From an uncultured Desulfobacterales bacterium (GTDB taxonomy: Bacteria; Desulfobacterota; Desulfobacteria; Desulfobacterales; B30-G6), in assembly GCA_964633115.1 (NCBI GenBank), contig CAZWEO010000005.1:109-64108 (forward strand): DNA of 64,000 bases, written 5' to 3'. The stretch's first letter is position 1, and every line of letters starts with the position of its first letter. Below, in pieces: positions 1-9,857 of this stretch. The notes beneath the pieces were generated by a model, which worked only from the letters and a program-made list of their open reading frames with translations, was not told where the DNA came from and made no database searches. Both the position numbers and the translations under genes were made by a program.

Positions 1-49
1 CGGGTAGTTTGTTGGCGTTTCTATGTATCCTGGCAATACATCCCTACGT

Positions 50-131
50 GTCATATAAGTGTAAACGGGGATCTACATAAACGGCTTATTGCTGATTGCT
101 TTGTCTGGATTCCCTCTTCCGAGGGAACGAC
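50..131. repeat. REP/dRS3-like palindromic doublet, copy 1 (degenerate)
   Basis: 98-131 (GCTTTGTCTGGATTCCCTCTTCCGAGGGAACGAC) is the reverse complement of 39519-39552 with one mismatch; core is ATTCCC-N8-GGGAA. Confidence 0.65.
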
Positions 132-342
132 AGGGAGGGGAAAAGGTCGTTAATGAAGGTCGCGGGATTCGGGATACGTTTTACCGCTTCCATGCGTCTT
201 TGCATCCCAGCCTTCTATCAAAGAATTTTTGAGGCTTTTAGGATGAAGACTATTTGGTTATTAGATGCTTACAGTTTAACTGCTTGATTGTTAGCTTTTA
301 GCGGTAGGCTTATTCTGGATTCTGTCTCCTGGCTCCTGATGA

Positions 343-1353
343 CTAAAAAGTCCCCAATTCAATAGCATCCAACACTTCCTTCGCATCCGTAAACTTGGGA
401 TCGATCTTCAGGCATTGCTGGAAATAGGATTTTGCCTTTTCGGGATCCTTCATTTCGATGTAAAGTCGCCCGATATTATAATGGATTCGCACCCGCTCTG
501 GGTGGATCTTAAGGGCTTTTTTATAGTTTAGAAGGGCCATTTTATAGTCGCCCTTTTTGCGGTAAAGCACGCCCAGGCTGTTGAAAATATTGACCGTGTT
601 GGGGTTGATTTGCTTGATTTCGTTGAGCACCTCCTCAGCTTCGCTAACATTCTCCTTGCTCATGTGGATATCCGCAGCCTGAATCATATACTTTTCAGCT
701 TCATTGATCTTGCCAAGCTCCTTATACGCACGCGCCATGCCTTCGTAGGCTTTGGCAAACAAGCGATCGATGGCGGTGGCTTTTCTGAATGCTTGGATGG
801 CTTCGGAGTATAGACTCTTTCCGGTCTTTATGTAACCGATATTATAGTAGTATTCCGCGGATTCTTCATTCGCGATTAGGTTGTCTAAAATGCCCAATGC
901 CGTGGCATAGCTTTTATTTTCAATAAGACGCATGGCGTCATCCATGGACTTTTCGGTTTCAGCCAGGGCGATATCCTCGGCAGGATGCTGCAGCGCCTGC
1001 ATTTTCATTTTGATGTTGCCGGTATTGAATGGTTGCACAATCAAGCCGCTGATGCCGTCCTGACCAGCCATGATAACCATGCCTTCGGTATAGGCTGAAT
1101 GGCTTAGGAAAAAGGGGATTTTATAATATTTATCCATTGAACGGACGATTCTCAGGAGCGCCAATCCGTTCATTTCTTGCATTTCCCAAGCGGCGATAAT
1201 GCAATCGAATTCCTTGAGTTGTATCTGCGACCAGGCGTGGTTGGCATTGCTGGCCTGGACTAGATCTCTATGCCCGCAGCCTTGCAGGATTTCTGTCAGA
1301 TTATCGAGTTCATCAGGATTGTCGTCTACGAGCAGGATTGTTAGTTTTTCCAT
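343..1353 (-). CDS. Receiver-like domain + TPR repeat protein (atypical/pseudo-receiver)
   Basis: N-terminal LLVDD...MNGLALL receiver fold; C-terminal TPR repeats (YYNIGY, FNSLGVLY, HYNIGRLY). Confidence 0.85.
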   Translation of the reverse strand: MEKLTILLVDDNPDELDNLTEILQGCGHRDLVQASNANHAWSQIQLKEFDCIIAAWEMQEMNGLALLRIVRSMDKYYKIPFFLSHSAYTEGMVIMAGQDGISGLIVQPFNTGNIKMKMQALQHPAEDIALAETEKSMDDAMRLIENKSYATALGILDNLIANEESAEYYYNIGYIKTGKSLYSEAIQAFRKATAIDRLFAKAYEGMARAYKELGKINEAEKYMIQAADIHMSKENVSEAEEVLNEIKQINPNTVNIFNSLGVLYRKKGDYKMALLNYKKALKIHPERVRIHYNIGRLYIEMKDPEKAKSYFQQCLKIDPKFTDAKEVLDAIELGTF

Positions 1354-1534
1354 ATGGTTGTTATCTTAATCTGTATTTGGCGCTGATTTGATTCAAGATT
1401 TAATATGTTTTGTCCGATAATACAATAAGATAGATGTTTCAACAAGCTCTTTTGATTAGGATGGCCACATCTGGTTAAATTATACTTATACGCATTTAGC
1501 TGTGAAGGCTTTAATGTAATAGTCTGGTTTTAAT

Positions 1535-2194
1535 ATGATTTCAAACACTAATGAATTGACCAAAGACTCCCTCGATAGTGGTTCACAGAATTTTGATGAT
1601 CCAGATAATGGATTCGAACTCGACAAACTTGAGATCCCCAAGCCTTCTCCAGAAAGTAAGCCCACAACGGTTGTCGATGTAAATCATAAAACCGATACCC
1701 ACAGCACACCGGAATCGGAAGTGTTGATTGAACCAGAATCCCTGAACGAACTGACCCCTGTTCCCAGATCTAAAAAATTCAGCAAATTGATTATTTTACT
1801 TGTAATATCAATTGGCTTGATTTTGTTATTTGGCATCGTTGGCGTTTTTTTAATCAAATCGATGCAGGCCAATAAAACTGCGGCACATACTGAGGTGGCC
1901 GACCTTGGTATCTACCAAGCCATCGAGCCGATTGTCACCAATCTGGGTGATAACCGCTATGTTTACATTGCCCTGATGCTACGATCCCATTCTGAACAAA
2001 ATACCCAATTCATGGCATTTCAATCCAAAGTAGTAGACGCTGTTTTTAGTTTTCTGGGATCTACAGATTTTAAACGGCATGTGGCCCATGGCGGGTCTGC
2101 AAAAATGAGATCTGTCATATATAATGAATTAACAACGCTCTTGGATGAAAAGTACCCCAATCAAGTTATCCTTTCTGAAGTTCGATTAAATTAG
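1535..2194 (+). CDS. FliL-like single-pass membrane protein
   Basis: Acidic disordered N-terminus, one TM helix, then PIVTNL...RYV and a V-x-D-A-V helix typical of FliL. Confidence 0.6.
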   Translation: MISNTNELTKDSLDSGSQNFDDPDNGFELDKLEIPKPSPESKPTTVVDVNHKTDTHSTPESEVLIEPESLNELTPVPRSKKFSKLIILLVISIGLILLFGIVGVFLIKSMQANKTAAHTEVADLGIYQAIEPIVTNLGDNRYVYIALMLRSHSEQNTQFMAFQSKVVDAVFSFLGSTDFKRHVAHGGSAKMRSVIYNELTTLLDEKYPNQVILSEVRLN

Positions 2195-2210
2195 AATCCA
2201 GGTCAGTTTC

Positions 2211-3512
2211 ATGAATCAGGCTAAAAAATCAAAATTATTAGGCCGCTATGAAATCCAATCTAGCATTGGCAAAGGCGGTATGGGAACCGTATATAAGGCC
2301 ATCGATTCTTTTTTGCAGCGCACGATTGCGTTAAAGGTTGTCAATATTGCTTCTCTGGACATTGCTACACCTGACAAAAGGAAACTGGATCAATGCCTCA
2401 AAGAGGCCAGGTTAGCGGCTCAATTCATTCATCCTAATATTGTCATCACGCATGATGCTGGCATCGCTAACGATCGTTTCTTTATCGCTTTGGAATTTAT
2501 CGACGGCCGGGGTTTACAGAAACATAGTAAGAAACCAAATCTGCTACCTCAGAGCCAACTAACAGAAATCATATATAATACTTGCTATGCACTAGACTAT
2601 ATACACCAAAAGGGATATGTGCATCTGGATATTAAACCTTCTAACATCATGCTGACCTCTCGTGATGAGGTCAAGCTCATGGATTTTGGTATCAGTCGGA
2701 TTTTAAACCAGGAATTCGAGCAGAAGAAAAAGGGGGTTGTATTAGGAACGCCGGCTTACATGTCTCCGGAACAGGCCTCTGGTAGATCGTCCATTGATCA
2801 GCAATCCGATATTTTTTCACTTGGGGTGGTACTATATGAATTGCTGGCCGGCAAAAAGCCATTTGAAGGTAAGGATGCCCACGAAACCGTTTACCGAATA
2901 ACAAATATTGAACCGGCGCCATTGACTAAGTATCTACCAGATGTTGGCAGTGGGCTAGAATATATTGTTCAGCGCGCGCTTGAAAAAGACAAGGCCGACC
3001 GATACCAAACAATTTTGGAGCTGGCGGAAGCATTGTTGCCCATCATCAAGGGCAAAGATTCCAGCCAGTTGGATAAAAAAGACCAACAAAAGATCGACTA
3101 TCTAAAGCGACTGCTTTTTTTCAAACACTTTCAGTATAATGAACTGATGGAGATTTTGCGTATCTCTGCCTGGAGTTATCTGGATCGGCATTCCCAGATT
3201 ATGGGATCCGATCCTAATGACAACAATATCTATTTCCTGATCCAGGGACGGGCTAAACTTGATCTACAGGGGGGCACCCATGTTTTGCAGCAGGGGGAAT
3301 GTTTTGGTGAAACTGCTATTTTATACAAAATGCCCCGTAAAGCTACAGTGACTGCCGAGAGCACTTGCGTTGTCATGGCCATCAACGCCAACTTGCTTAA
3401 ACAAGCCTCGGAAGCCTTGCAGGTCAAGTTCTTAAGGGAATTTTATAACAAAAAAATACTCCAACTTGTGGATACTAATCTGAAATTAATTCGGGCGGGT
3501 AGGCCCTTATAG
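2211..3512 (+). CDS. Hanks-type Ser/Thr protein kinase with C-terminal cyclic-nucleotide-binding domain
   Basis: GKGGMGTVY, ALK, HLDIKPSN, DFG, GTPAYMSPEQ, DIFSLG; C-terminal FGETAIL..PRKATV motif. Confidence 0.92.
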   Translation: MNQAKKSKLLGRYEIQSSIGKGGMGTVYKAIDSFLQRTIALKVVNIASLDIATPDKRKLDQCLKEARLAAQFIHPNIVITHDAGIANDRFFIALEFIDGRGLQKHSKKPNLLPQSQLTEIIYNTCYALDYIHQKGYVHLDIKPSNIMLTSRDEVKLMDFGISRILNQEFEQKKKGVVLGTPAYMSPEQASGRSSIDQQSDIFSLGVVLYELLAGKKPFEGKDAHETVYRITNIEPAPLTKYLPDVGSGLEYIVQRALEKDKADRYQTILELAEALLPIIKGKDSSQLDKKDQQKIDYLKRLLFFKHFQYNELMEILRISAWSYLDRHSQIMGSDPNDNNIYFLIQGRAKLDLQGGTHVLQQGECFGETAILYKMPRKATVTAESTCVVMAINANLLKQASEALQVKFLREFYNKKILQLVDTNLKLIRAGRPL

Positions 3513-3515
3513 GGC

Positions 3516-3594
3516 AGGCTGTTAGGCTGAAGACTGTTAGACTATTAGGCCGTTAACCGCTAAAAGCCTAACAGCCTAAAAAGCTAATAGTCTA
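3516..3594. repeat. Intergenic hairpin built from 8-bp degenerate units (GGCTGTTA-type); possible bidirectional terminator
   Basis: AGGCTGTTAGGCT (3516-3528) pairs with AGCCTAACAGCCT (3565-3577); TAGACTATTAG/CTAATAGTCTA; lies between convergent genes. Confidence 0.7.
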
Positions 3595-3602
3595 TCTATG
3601 GC

Positions 3603-4088
3603 TCAGTCTTTACGTTCTTCTTCGATGGGAAAGCACAGCACCGGCCGCTTCAGAAATCGCAGCACTCGTTCGGTGGTACTCCCGAAAAAAATGCGTTTTA
3701 GATCACCGGATGTGCCATGCGTACCCATGACCACAATATCGATATCCTTTTCTATGGCTTTGCGATTGATTTCCAGAAAGGGTGTGCCGGTGCAAACCTC
3801 CATTTCAATGGCGTTGGGGGCTAAATCCTGGGCTTGTAGAAACTGTTTCAACTTCTGCTTAGCTTCAATGAATAATGATTTCTTAATTTCAGCTTCGGTA
3901 CCTAGCCTACTGGCTACGCATTGTTCGATAAAATCCTGATCAATGACATGTAGCACATAGGTCTGATCGGGTTTACGCCCCATAATATATTGGCTATTTG
4001 TTAATGCATTGGCGGAGCAGGGAGAAAAATCGACAGCCACCAGGATTTTATACTCTTTTTCAGTTGCCTTCAAGTTGGGTATCCTCAT
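3603..4088 (-). CDS. Universal stress protein (UspA family)
   Basis: KILVAVDFS...S, DIVVMGTHG...FFGSTTERVLR..PVL. The true start may be TTG at 4073 after a GAGGA SD. Confidence 0.92.
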   Translation of the reverse strand: MRIPNLKATEKEYKILVAVDFSPCSANALTNSQYIMGRKPDQTYVLHVIDQDFIEQCVASRLGTEAEIKKSLFIEAKQKLKQFLQAQDLAPNAIEMEVCTGTPFLEINRKAIEKDIDIVVMGTHGTSGDLKRIFFGSTTERVLRFLKRPVLCFPIEEERKD

Positions 4089-4557
4089 TTGGTGATGGTG
4101 GGCTAGTTGATTGGCTCCGAAACCAGTCGATTAATTCACTACTGGTTCGTATGACAGAACCGCCCATGTTTCTGGCGGCCTGGGTGAGTCCGTCTAAAGT
4201 TTGCTGAGTTAGGGAGTCCTGACAACGACCCTGTTTTTCAATCCAGTGAATGGTGTTGCCAGTAACTACGATGGATCCGGAAACAACCAGCGAGCCCACT
4301 GAAATGGCCACAATCGGGGCCACCACCAGCAGGCATTCTGGTTCATGGCAGTCAGATGCTATCGCATTCACCATCTCATCTACCGTCTCATCAATTAGGG
4401 CCTCAGACGTATGCACATGCAAAGTCATACTTTTGGTTGCCAGCAAGCAATCTTGGTCTTGCTGCGGGACGGTTTTGGGCAGGAAGATGCAACTCTGCAT
4501 GGGCATGAGCAGCAGCAACATTATGAAAAGCCCAATAAGGTTAGGGCATGGCTTCAT
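4060..4557 (-). CDS. Hypothetical lipoprotein
   Basis: Hydrophobic N-terminus ending in MQSC (lipobox-like); Cys-containing, with a GSLVVSGSIVVTGNTIHWIEKQGRC segment. Confidence 0.6.
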   Translation of the reverse strand: MKPCPNLIGLFIMLLLLMPMQSCIFLPKTVPQQDQDCLLATKSMTLHVHTSEALIDETVDEMVNAIASDCHEPECLLVVAPIVAISVGSLVVSGSIVVTGNTIHWIEKQGRCQDSLTQQTLDGLTQAARNMGGSVIRTSSELIDWFRSQSTSPPSPNEDTQLEGN

Positions 4558-4727
4558 ATCGAAATCCTGGGAAGATATATTTGGGGCGATCCCCATGAAA
4601 TCAGATGAATGTGGCCTAAGATCAAGGCGCTACTGATTGATGCCAGATACCGTCCAAATGTTCAATAATAAAATCTTCTTACGATTTTATTATGCATGCA
4701 TCTTTTCGGCTCTATCAGATAAAGATG

Positions 4728-6752
4728 CTATTCGACTTTTAATACTTGCCCCGGAAAGATCTTGCTCCTGGGTGTCAGATCGTTGATGCGCAGGAATTGG
4801 CCCAGAGACATGTTATGTCGCCGGGCGATTTTATAGGGACTATCGCCGCGACGCACAAAATATTGGTTGGTGCTGCTGGTGGGCGCTGGCTTATCGTAGC
4901 GATATTCGGGCACCTTGAGACGTTGGCCAATATGAAGATTTGTGGTTCTGAGACCGTTTAGGGATTGGATTTTCTTGGTGGTGGTCCCATAGCGACGGGC
5001 GATAATCCAGAGGGAGTCGCCGCTGCGAACCCGAAGCGTGACGGTTCTGCCGGTGGGCTTTTTCTGAGCAATGTTGGCCCGAGCGATGACGGTCCCGCGC
5101 TGGGGGATCCGCAATTTCTTGCCAGCCACAATAAAATTGGAAGACCGCAGGTTATTGGCTCGCATAATTCGACTGACACTGGTCCGATATTTATCGGCGA
5201 TGCCGGAAAGTGTTTCGCCGCTACGCACACGGTGAGTGACATAGGCCGGCCGAGGTGGATGCGAAATGGGGATACTTTCGATGGATGCCTGTAGCTGGTC
5301 GGCGCTATCCGGTGGTACCTTTAAGGCATAAGTTTCCGGCGGAAGAATGTTGTAACGCAGCTCGGGATTGAGATCCTTTAAAATCTGACCCTGAACACCA
5401 ATTTTTTGTGCGATGTCGGTCACTTGTACCTGCTTGGATACTTCTACAATCTGATAATTCAAGGGTTCATCGCGTACCACCGAATCCAGACCGTATTGGG
5501 ATGCATTCTCCATAATATGCAACGCTGCCAGAAAGCGGGGAACATAGCGGGCTGTCTCTCTAGGTAATCGCTCGTAAAGGTCCCAGAAATTGTCCAGATA
5601 ATTGACGTTCTGGCTGCGGATCACCCGCAGTACGCGTCCTTCTCCGCAATTATAGGCCGCTAACGCCGTAATCCAGTCGCCAAAGATACCGTGCAGTTCC
5701 TGTAAGTAAGCAATGGCAGCCTCGGTGGCTTTCACCGGATCGATGCGCTCATCTATATAACGATTACGTTTTAATCCGAACTTGTAGCCCGTAGAAGGAA
5801 TAAACTGCCACAAACCCAGCGCCCGCGCTTTGGACAGGGCTTTGACCTTAAAGCCGCTTTCGATTAAGGGCAACCAGGAGAGTTCTTCAGGCATACCCGC
5901 CGCCTTGAGGCGTGCAAGGATCATGGGACGGTATTTTCCAGAGCGAATCAAGGATTGCTTGAAAAATTTTCTTTCCCCACCGCGTGTAAAGAGTCGAATT
6001 TCAGCTTCAACATGGCGATTTAATACCATGGGAATAGCGTTGTGGCTGCCATTTACCACGGTATTGCGTGACGCGTAGATCTCCAGGATGCGCTTGGATA
6101 TCAGAAAGCGTAGATCTTCCTTTTGCTGCATTTGTTGGGATTGATCCTCGAATTCAACCTCTAAAATGAGCGAGTAGGCTTGGTCCAGCGATTCCAGCGC
6201 ATTTTCAAACTCGCCCTTTTGCCAAAATTCTTGCGCAGCTTCGCAGAAACCCAGGGCTTCGTCCAGAATCATCTGGGGTATTTTAGGTGGCGGCGGCGGC
6301 GGCAAAGTGACCGGCTCAGGCGTTTCAACCGCATTGATTCCAGAAAGGGCCTCTTCCGCCAAAGAAACTCTCGGACCCGGGACAGGTTGTAGGTGTTGAC
6401 TAAGTGCCCTCCCAAGTTCTTGCTCTGATGTTTTGGTGTCGGCATTTTCTCCCGGGGCCTGGCCTTGGGGTACAACTTCCGCGGGAATTGTTTCGGCCGA
6501 CGGTAGCGCTGCGTCGGGTATTATCTCGGCTGGTGCTTCCTGGACCGTTTCGGCTTCAGACAATGTTGCCGGTGATTGAACATCATCCCGAAGCAGGCCC
6601 ACTTCTTCAGGAGCTGTTTGCTCGGCTGGCGCTTGGGGTTTGGTGGCCAGGGTTTGGCATCCTGCTAAAAAAAAGACCAACAGCAAGAAAGGTAATAGGC
6701 TACGGGTCAATTTGGTAGCAAACTCCTGGTTATGGTTCTTATTTATCTGCAT
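4728..6752 (-). CDS. mltD: MltD-like membrane-bound lytic murein transglycosylase with LysM repeats (lipoprotein)
   Basis: LAGC lipobox; SLT motifs LIESGF, GLWQFIPSTG, AAYNCGEG, ETARYVP; three C-terminal LysM domains. Start codon uncertain. Confidence 0.88.
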   Translation of the reverse strand: MQINKNHNQEFATKLTRSLLPFLLLVFFLAGCQTLATKPQAPAEQTAPEEVGLLRDDVQSPATLSEAETVQEAPAEIIPDAALPSAETIPAEVVPQGQAPGENADTKTSEQELGRALSQHLQPVPGPRVSLAEEALSGINAVETPEPVTLPPPPPPKIPQMILDEALGFCEAAQEFWQKGEFENALESLDQAYSLILEVEFEDQSQQMQQKEDLRFLISKRILEIYASRNTVVNGSHNAIPMVLNRHVEAEIRLFTRGGERKFFKQSLIRSGKYRPMILARLKAAGMPEELSWLPLIESGFKVKALSKARALGLWQFIPSTGYKFGLKRNRYIDERIDPVKATEAAIAYLQELHGIFGDWITALAAYNCGEGRVLRVIRSQNVNYLDNFWDLYERLPRETARYVPRFLAALHIMENASQYGLDSVVRDEPLNYQIVEVSKQVQVTDIAQKIGVQGQILKDLNPELRYNILPPETYALKVPPDSADQLQASIESIPISHPPRPAYVTHRVRSGETLSGIADKYRTSVSRIMRANNLRSSNFIVAGKKLRIPQRGTVIARANIAQKKPTGRTVTLRVRSGDSLWIIARRYGTTTKKIQSLNGLRTTNLHIGQRLKVPEYRYDKPAPTSSTNQYFVRRGDSPYKIARRHNMSLGQFLRINDLTPRSKIFPGQVLKVE

Positions 6753-6840
6753 ATCGAATTCTGAAGACGCAGGCATATATATAAAGGACATCGATTGTCA
6801 ACCCTAAAGCGACATAAATCCAACTCTGACCAACGAGTTT

Positions 6841-6889
6841 GCACCATATATAGTATGTCTCCGTCATATGAACACACACTATATAGTTA
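6841..6889. promoter_or_regulatory. Tandem NrdR-box-like palindromes
   Basis: GCACCATATATAGTAT (6841-6856) and ACACACTATATAGTTA (6874-6889) each match ACACWATATATWGTGT at 13/16; starts are 33 bp apart. Confidence 0.45.
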
Positions 6890-6908
6890 AAAGGGCCTGA
6901 AATGTCAA
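6880..6908 (-). promoter_or_regulatory. Putative sigma70 promoter for mltD
   Basis: Minus strand reads TTGACA-17 bp-TATATA. Confidence 0.45.
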
Positions 6909-7073
6909 GATTAAAGCGTAGCTGTCCCACACTGAATTTAAATTGTCCGGCCAAACCACGCAGTCGATGCGGGTTGAAGTTTGAGGTGAGGAGGGTTGCG
7001 GGTTGAAGGGTAGGCTCAAAGCAGATTGCATTTAGCACCTAATAGTCATCAGCCTAAACACCTAAGCGGCTAT

Positions 7074-7114
7074 ATTCGATGTTCAGTGTTCAATGTTCGA
7101 TGTTTGGACGTTCA
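7074..7114. repeat. Degenerate heptamer tandem repeat (GTTCRRT)
   Basis: attcgat gttcagt gttcaat gttcgat gtttggac gttca. Confidence 0.65.
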
Positions 7115-7521
7115 TTTTATAACGGCCGACACAGCAATAATAAGGACGCTTAAATCGAATGATACGTTTTTATGTTTTTTAAGGACTTGCCATTTTTAGA
7201 AAAACACTTATGTTTGTTCTTCAAAAAAGAATTGAAAGAGCGAAAAAGCTCGAAAAAAAACGAAAATAAATAAATTTAATAGAAAAACATATATATTTAT
7301 AAAATAAAAACATATATTTGGTTATAATAATCAAATTTAAGGGTTGAATAATAGTCCTTGTGAAGATACAAGATGCTGTTTGGATCCTCAAGCATTCCTA
7401 ACCCAATGGGGCCCATCAAATTTCAACAGAATCCAATTCGGAATATTCTCCAATCTAGAATAACTGTTGAAATTTTAAAGGTTAAAAGGTTTTTGGAATA
7501 CTTGAGATTGGCGGCAGGTTA

Positions 7522-7597
7522 GCCAGCGTAGCTCAGCTGGCAGAGCTACTGATTTGTAATCAGTGGGTCGGGGGTTCGAGTCCCTCCGCTGGCTCCA
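7522..7597 (+). tRNA. tRNA-Thr(TGT)
   Basis: Cloverleaf; anticodon arm ACTGA-TTTGTAA-TCAGT; GTTCGAG T-loop; encoded CCA. Confidence 0.97.
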
Positions 7598-7716
7598 TTT
7601 AATTTGAATTCCTCAATGCGAATTGATCGGGATTTTATATAAGTATCGCCCAAACCTTTAATCTCAGGTTAGCTGGTCTGTATGAATTCAAATTGTTAAG
7701 ATGTTTGCAATTATTT

Positions 7717-7801
7717 GGTGGGGTTCCCGAGTGGTCAAAGGGAACAGACTGTAAATCTGTCGGCGAAGCCTTCGGAGGTTCAAATCCTCCCCCCACCACC
7801 A
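7717..7801 (+). tRNA. tRNA-Tyr(GTA)
   Basis: GGTGGGG/CCCCACC acceptor stem, ACAGA-CTGTAAA-TCTGT, long variable arm, CCA. Confidence 0.97.
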
Positions 7802-7946
7802 ATCAACTGGTGAGTTGTATGTAGGAGATTTCGGTTCTGAATCGGGGTCGCAAAGAACTACATGGCTTCTTCCTGAATGCATGCTCTGCACTTTGAAGAA
7901 TCTTTGTCGTCTCAATGCCCTGACTGAAAGCCACTGATTAGAATAG

Positions 7947-8022
7947 GCGGGAGTAGCTCAGTTGGTAGAGCTTCAGCCTTCCAAGCTGAATGTCGCGAGT
8001 TCGAGCCTCGTCTCCCGCTCCA
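7947..8022 (+). tRNA. tRNA-Gly(TCC)
   Basis: GCGGGAG/CTCCCGC acceptor stem, TCAGC-CTTCCAA-GCTGA, CCA. Confidence 0.97.
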
Positions 8023-8081
8023 TATTTTGATCAGTGTTTCAGGAAGCAATCGGCAAGTATTGAAGTAGATTTGAATCATCA

Positions 8082-8158
8082 GCCCACGTAGCTCAGTCGG
8101 TAGAGCGCTTCCTTGGTAAGGAAGAGGTTCACCGGTTCGATTCCGGTCGTGGGCTCCA
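8082..8158 (+). tRNA. tRNA-Thr(GGT)
   Basis: GCCCACG/CGTGGGC acceptor stem, CTTCC-TTGGTAA-GGAAG, CCA; completes the canonical Thr-Tyr-Gly-Thr-tuf arrangement. Confidence 0.97.
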
Positions 8159-8271
8159 CTTGCTCTACGGCGAACAGCCGACGATCTATCAGAACCGCGT
8201 AGGAAAAACGGAAATATATTTAATCATTGTTCAGTGATATCATTTTTTAGAACTCATGGGAGGGTGAGAAG

Positions 8272-9465
8272 ATGGCCAAGGAAAAGTTTGAGCGAACGAA
8301 GCCGCATGTAAATGTAGGAACAATCGGTCACATCGATCATGGTAAGACGACCCTGACAGCGGCGATAACCAAACATGCCGGTTTACGCGGTATGGCGGAG
8401 TTCGTGCCGTTTGATCAGATCGACAAGGCTCCCGAGGAGAAAGAGCGGGGGATCACGATTGCGACCGCGCATGTTGAATATGAGACCGATAACCGTCATT
8501 ACGCGCACGTGGACTGTCCCGGTCATGCGGACTATATCAAGAACATGATTACGGGAGCGGCGCAGATGGATGGAGCCATATTGGTGGTTGGCGCAGACGA
8601 TGGTCCCATGCCCCAGACCCGTGAACATATCCTTTTGGCCCGCCAGGTAGGTGTACCGCGTATTGTTGTGTTTTTGAACAAATGCGACATGGTGGACGAC
8701 GAGGAACTGGTGGAGTTGGTAGAGCTGGAACTGCGTGAGCTGTTGGATAAGTACGAATTTCCGGGCGACGATACACCGATCATTCGGGGCAGTGCTTTAA
8801 AGGCCTTGGAGAGTGACGATTCTGAGAGCGACGAAGCCAAATGTATTTTTGAGCTTTTGGAAGCCACCGACAGCTATATTCCGGAGCCGGAACGTGAGAT
8901 CGACAAGCCGTTCTTGATGCCCATCGAAGATGTGTTCAGCATCTCTGGTCGTGGCACCGTGGTAACCGGTCGTGTTGAGCGCGGTATCGTCAAGGTTGGT
9001 AATGAAGTCGAAATCGTAGGGATCCGCGAAACCCAAAAGACGGTCTGCACGGGTGTTGAGATGTTCCGCAAACTATTGGACGAAGGGCGCGCCGGAGACA
9101 ACATCGGCGTTCTTTTGCGTGGCACCAAACGTGACGAGGTGGAACGTGGTCAGGTTGTAGCGATTCCGGGTACGATTAACCCGCATACCAAGTTCAATGC
9201 CGAAGTCTATATCTTGAGCAAGGAAGAAGGTGGCCGTCATACACCCTTTTTCAATGGCTACCGTCCGCAGTTTTATTTTCGGACAACCGACGTAACCGGC
9301 GTATTGGATCTGCCCGAAGGTGTAGAGATGGTGATGCCGGGTGACAACGTAACCATATCGGCCGAGTTGATTACACCCATTGCCATGGAAAAAGAGCTGC
9401 GGTTTGCTATTCGTGAGGGTGGCCGAACCGTAGGGGCCGGTGTGGTCAGCGAGATAATCGAGTAG
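8272..9465 (+). CDS. tuf: Elongation factor Tu (copy 1)
   Basis: [36 protein letters not shown]; 397 aa. Confidence 0.99.
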   Translation: MAKEKFERTKPHVNVGTIGHIDHGKTTLTAAITKHAGLRGMAEFVPFDQIDKAPEEKERGITIATAHVEYETDNRHYAHVDCPGHADYIKNMITGAAQMDGAILVVGADDGPMPQTREHILLARQVGVPRIVVFLNKCDMVDDEELVELVELELRELLDKYEFPGDDTPIIRGSALKALESDDSESDEAKCIFELLEATDSYIPEPEREIDKPFLMPIEDVFSISGRGTVVTGRVERGIVKVGNEVEIVGIRETQKTVCTGVEMFRKLLDEGRAGDNIGVLLRGTKRDEVERGQVVAIPGTINPHTKFNAEVYILSKEEGGRHTPFFNGYRPQFYFRTTDVTGVLDLPEGVEMVMPGDNVTISAELITPIAMEKELRFAIREGGRTVGAGVVSEIIE

Positions 9466-9483
9466 ACGTGAAGGAGTTTACTG

Positions 9484-9633
9484 GTGAGAATAATTGTAAC
9501 GCTTGCATGCTCTGAATGCAAAAGAAGAAACTATACAACCACGAAAAATAAGCGGACAACACCGGACAAGCTTAAATTCAACAAGTATTGCCGATTTTGT
9601 CAAAAACATACAGTGCACAAAGAAACCAAATAA
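9484..9633 (+). CDS. rpmG: 50S ribosomal protein L33 (Zn-ribbon type)
   Basis: Not in the ORF track; GTG start after AAGGAG; translates to [49 protein letters not shown]. Confidence 0.97.
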   Translation: MRIIVTLACSECKRRNYTTTKNKRTTPDKLKFNKYCRFCQKHTVHKETK

Positions 9634-9680
9634 CGCGGGTCACATAGCCCACAATGCAGGAAACGATGACCCACCCATGC

Positions 9681-9756
9681 AGGCCAGTAGCTCTAACGGT
9701 AGAGCGTCGGACTCCAAATCCGGGTGTTGGGGGTTCGAATCCCTCCTGGCCTGCCA
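9681..9756 (+). tRNA. tRNA-Trp(CCA)
   Basis: AGGCCAG/CTGGCCT acceptor stem, TCGGA-CTCCAAA-TCCGG, GTTCGAA, CCA; usual position before secE. Confidence 0.96.
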
Positions 9757-9857
9757 TTTTTTGGGCACATGACGATTTATAAAAACAGGACCACAGCGAA
9801 AACGCGATGAGGCCAAAAACGAGAGCGGCATCGTGAAGTCGCTTTTTCAGGAGACCA

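Noticed and set aside
7140..7520. Very AT-rich stretch as a possible origin or foreign DNA
   Set aside because: No clear DnaA-box cluster or mobility gene seen; better explained as the promoter/UP region of the tRNA-tuf operon.
7688..7915. 75-aa minus-strand ORF
   Set aside because: Antisense to tRNA-Tyr.
7522..9756. Integrative element at the tRNA genes
   Set aside because: No integrase and no duplicated tRNA 3' end (att site) found in the window.
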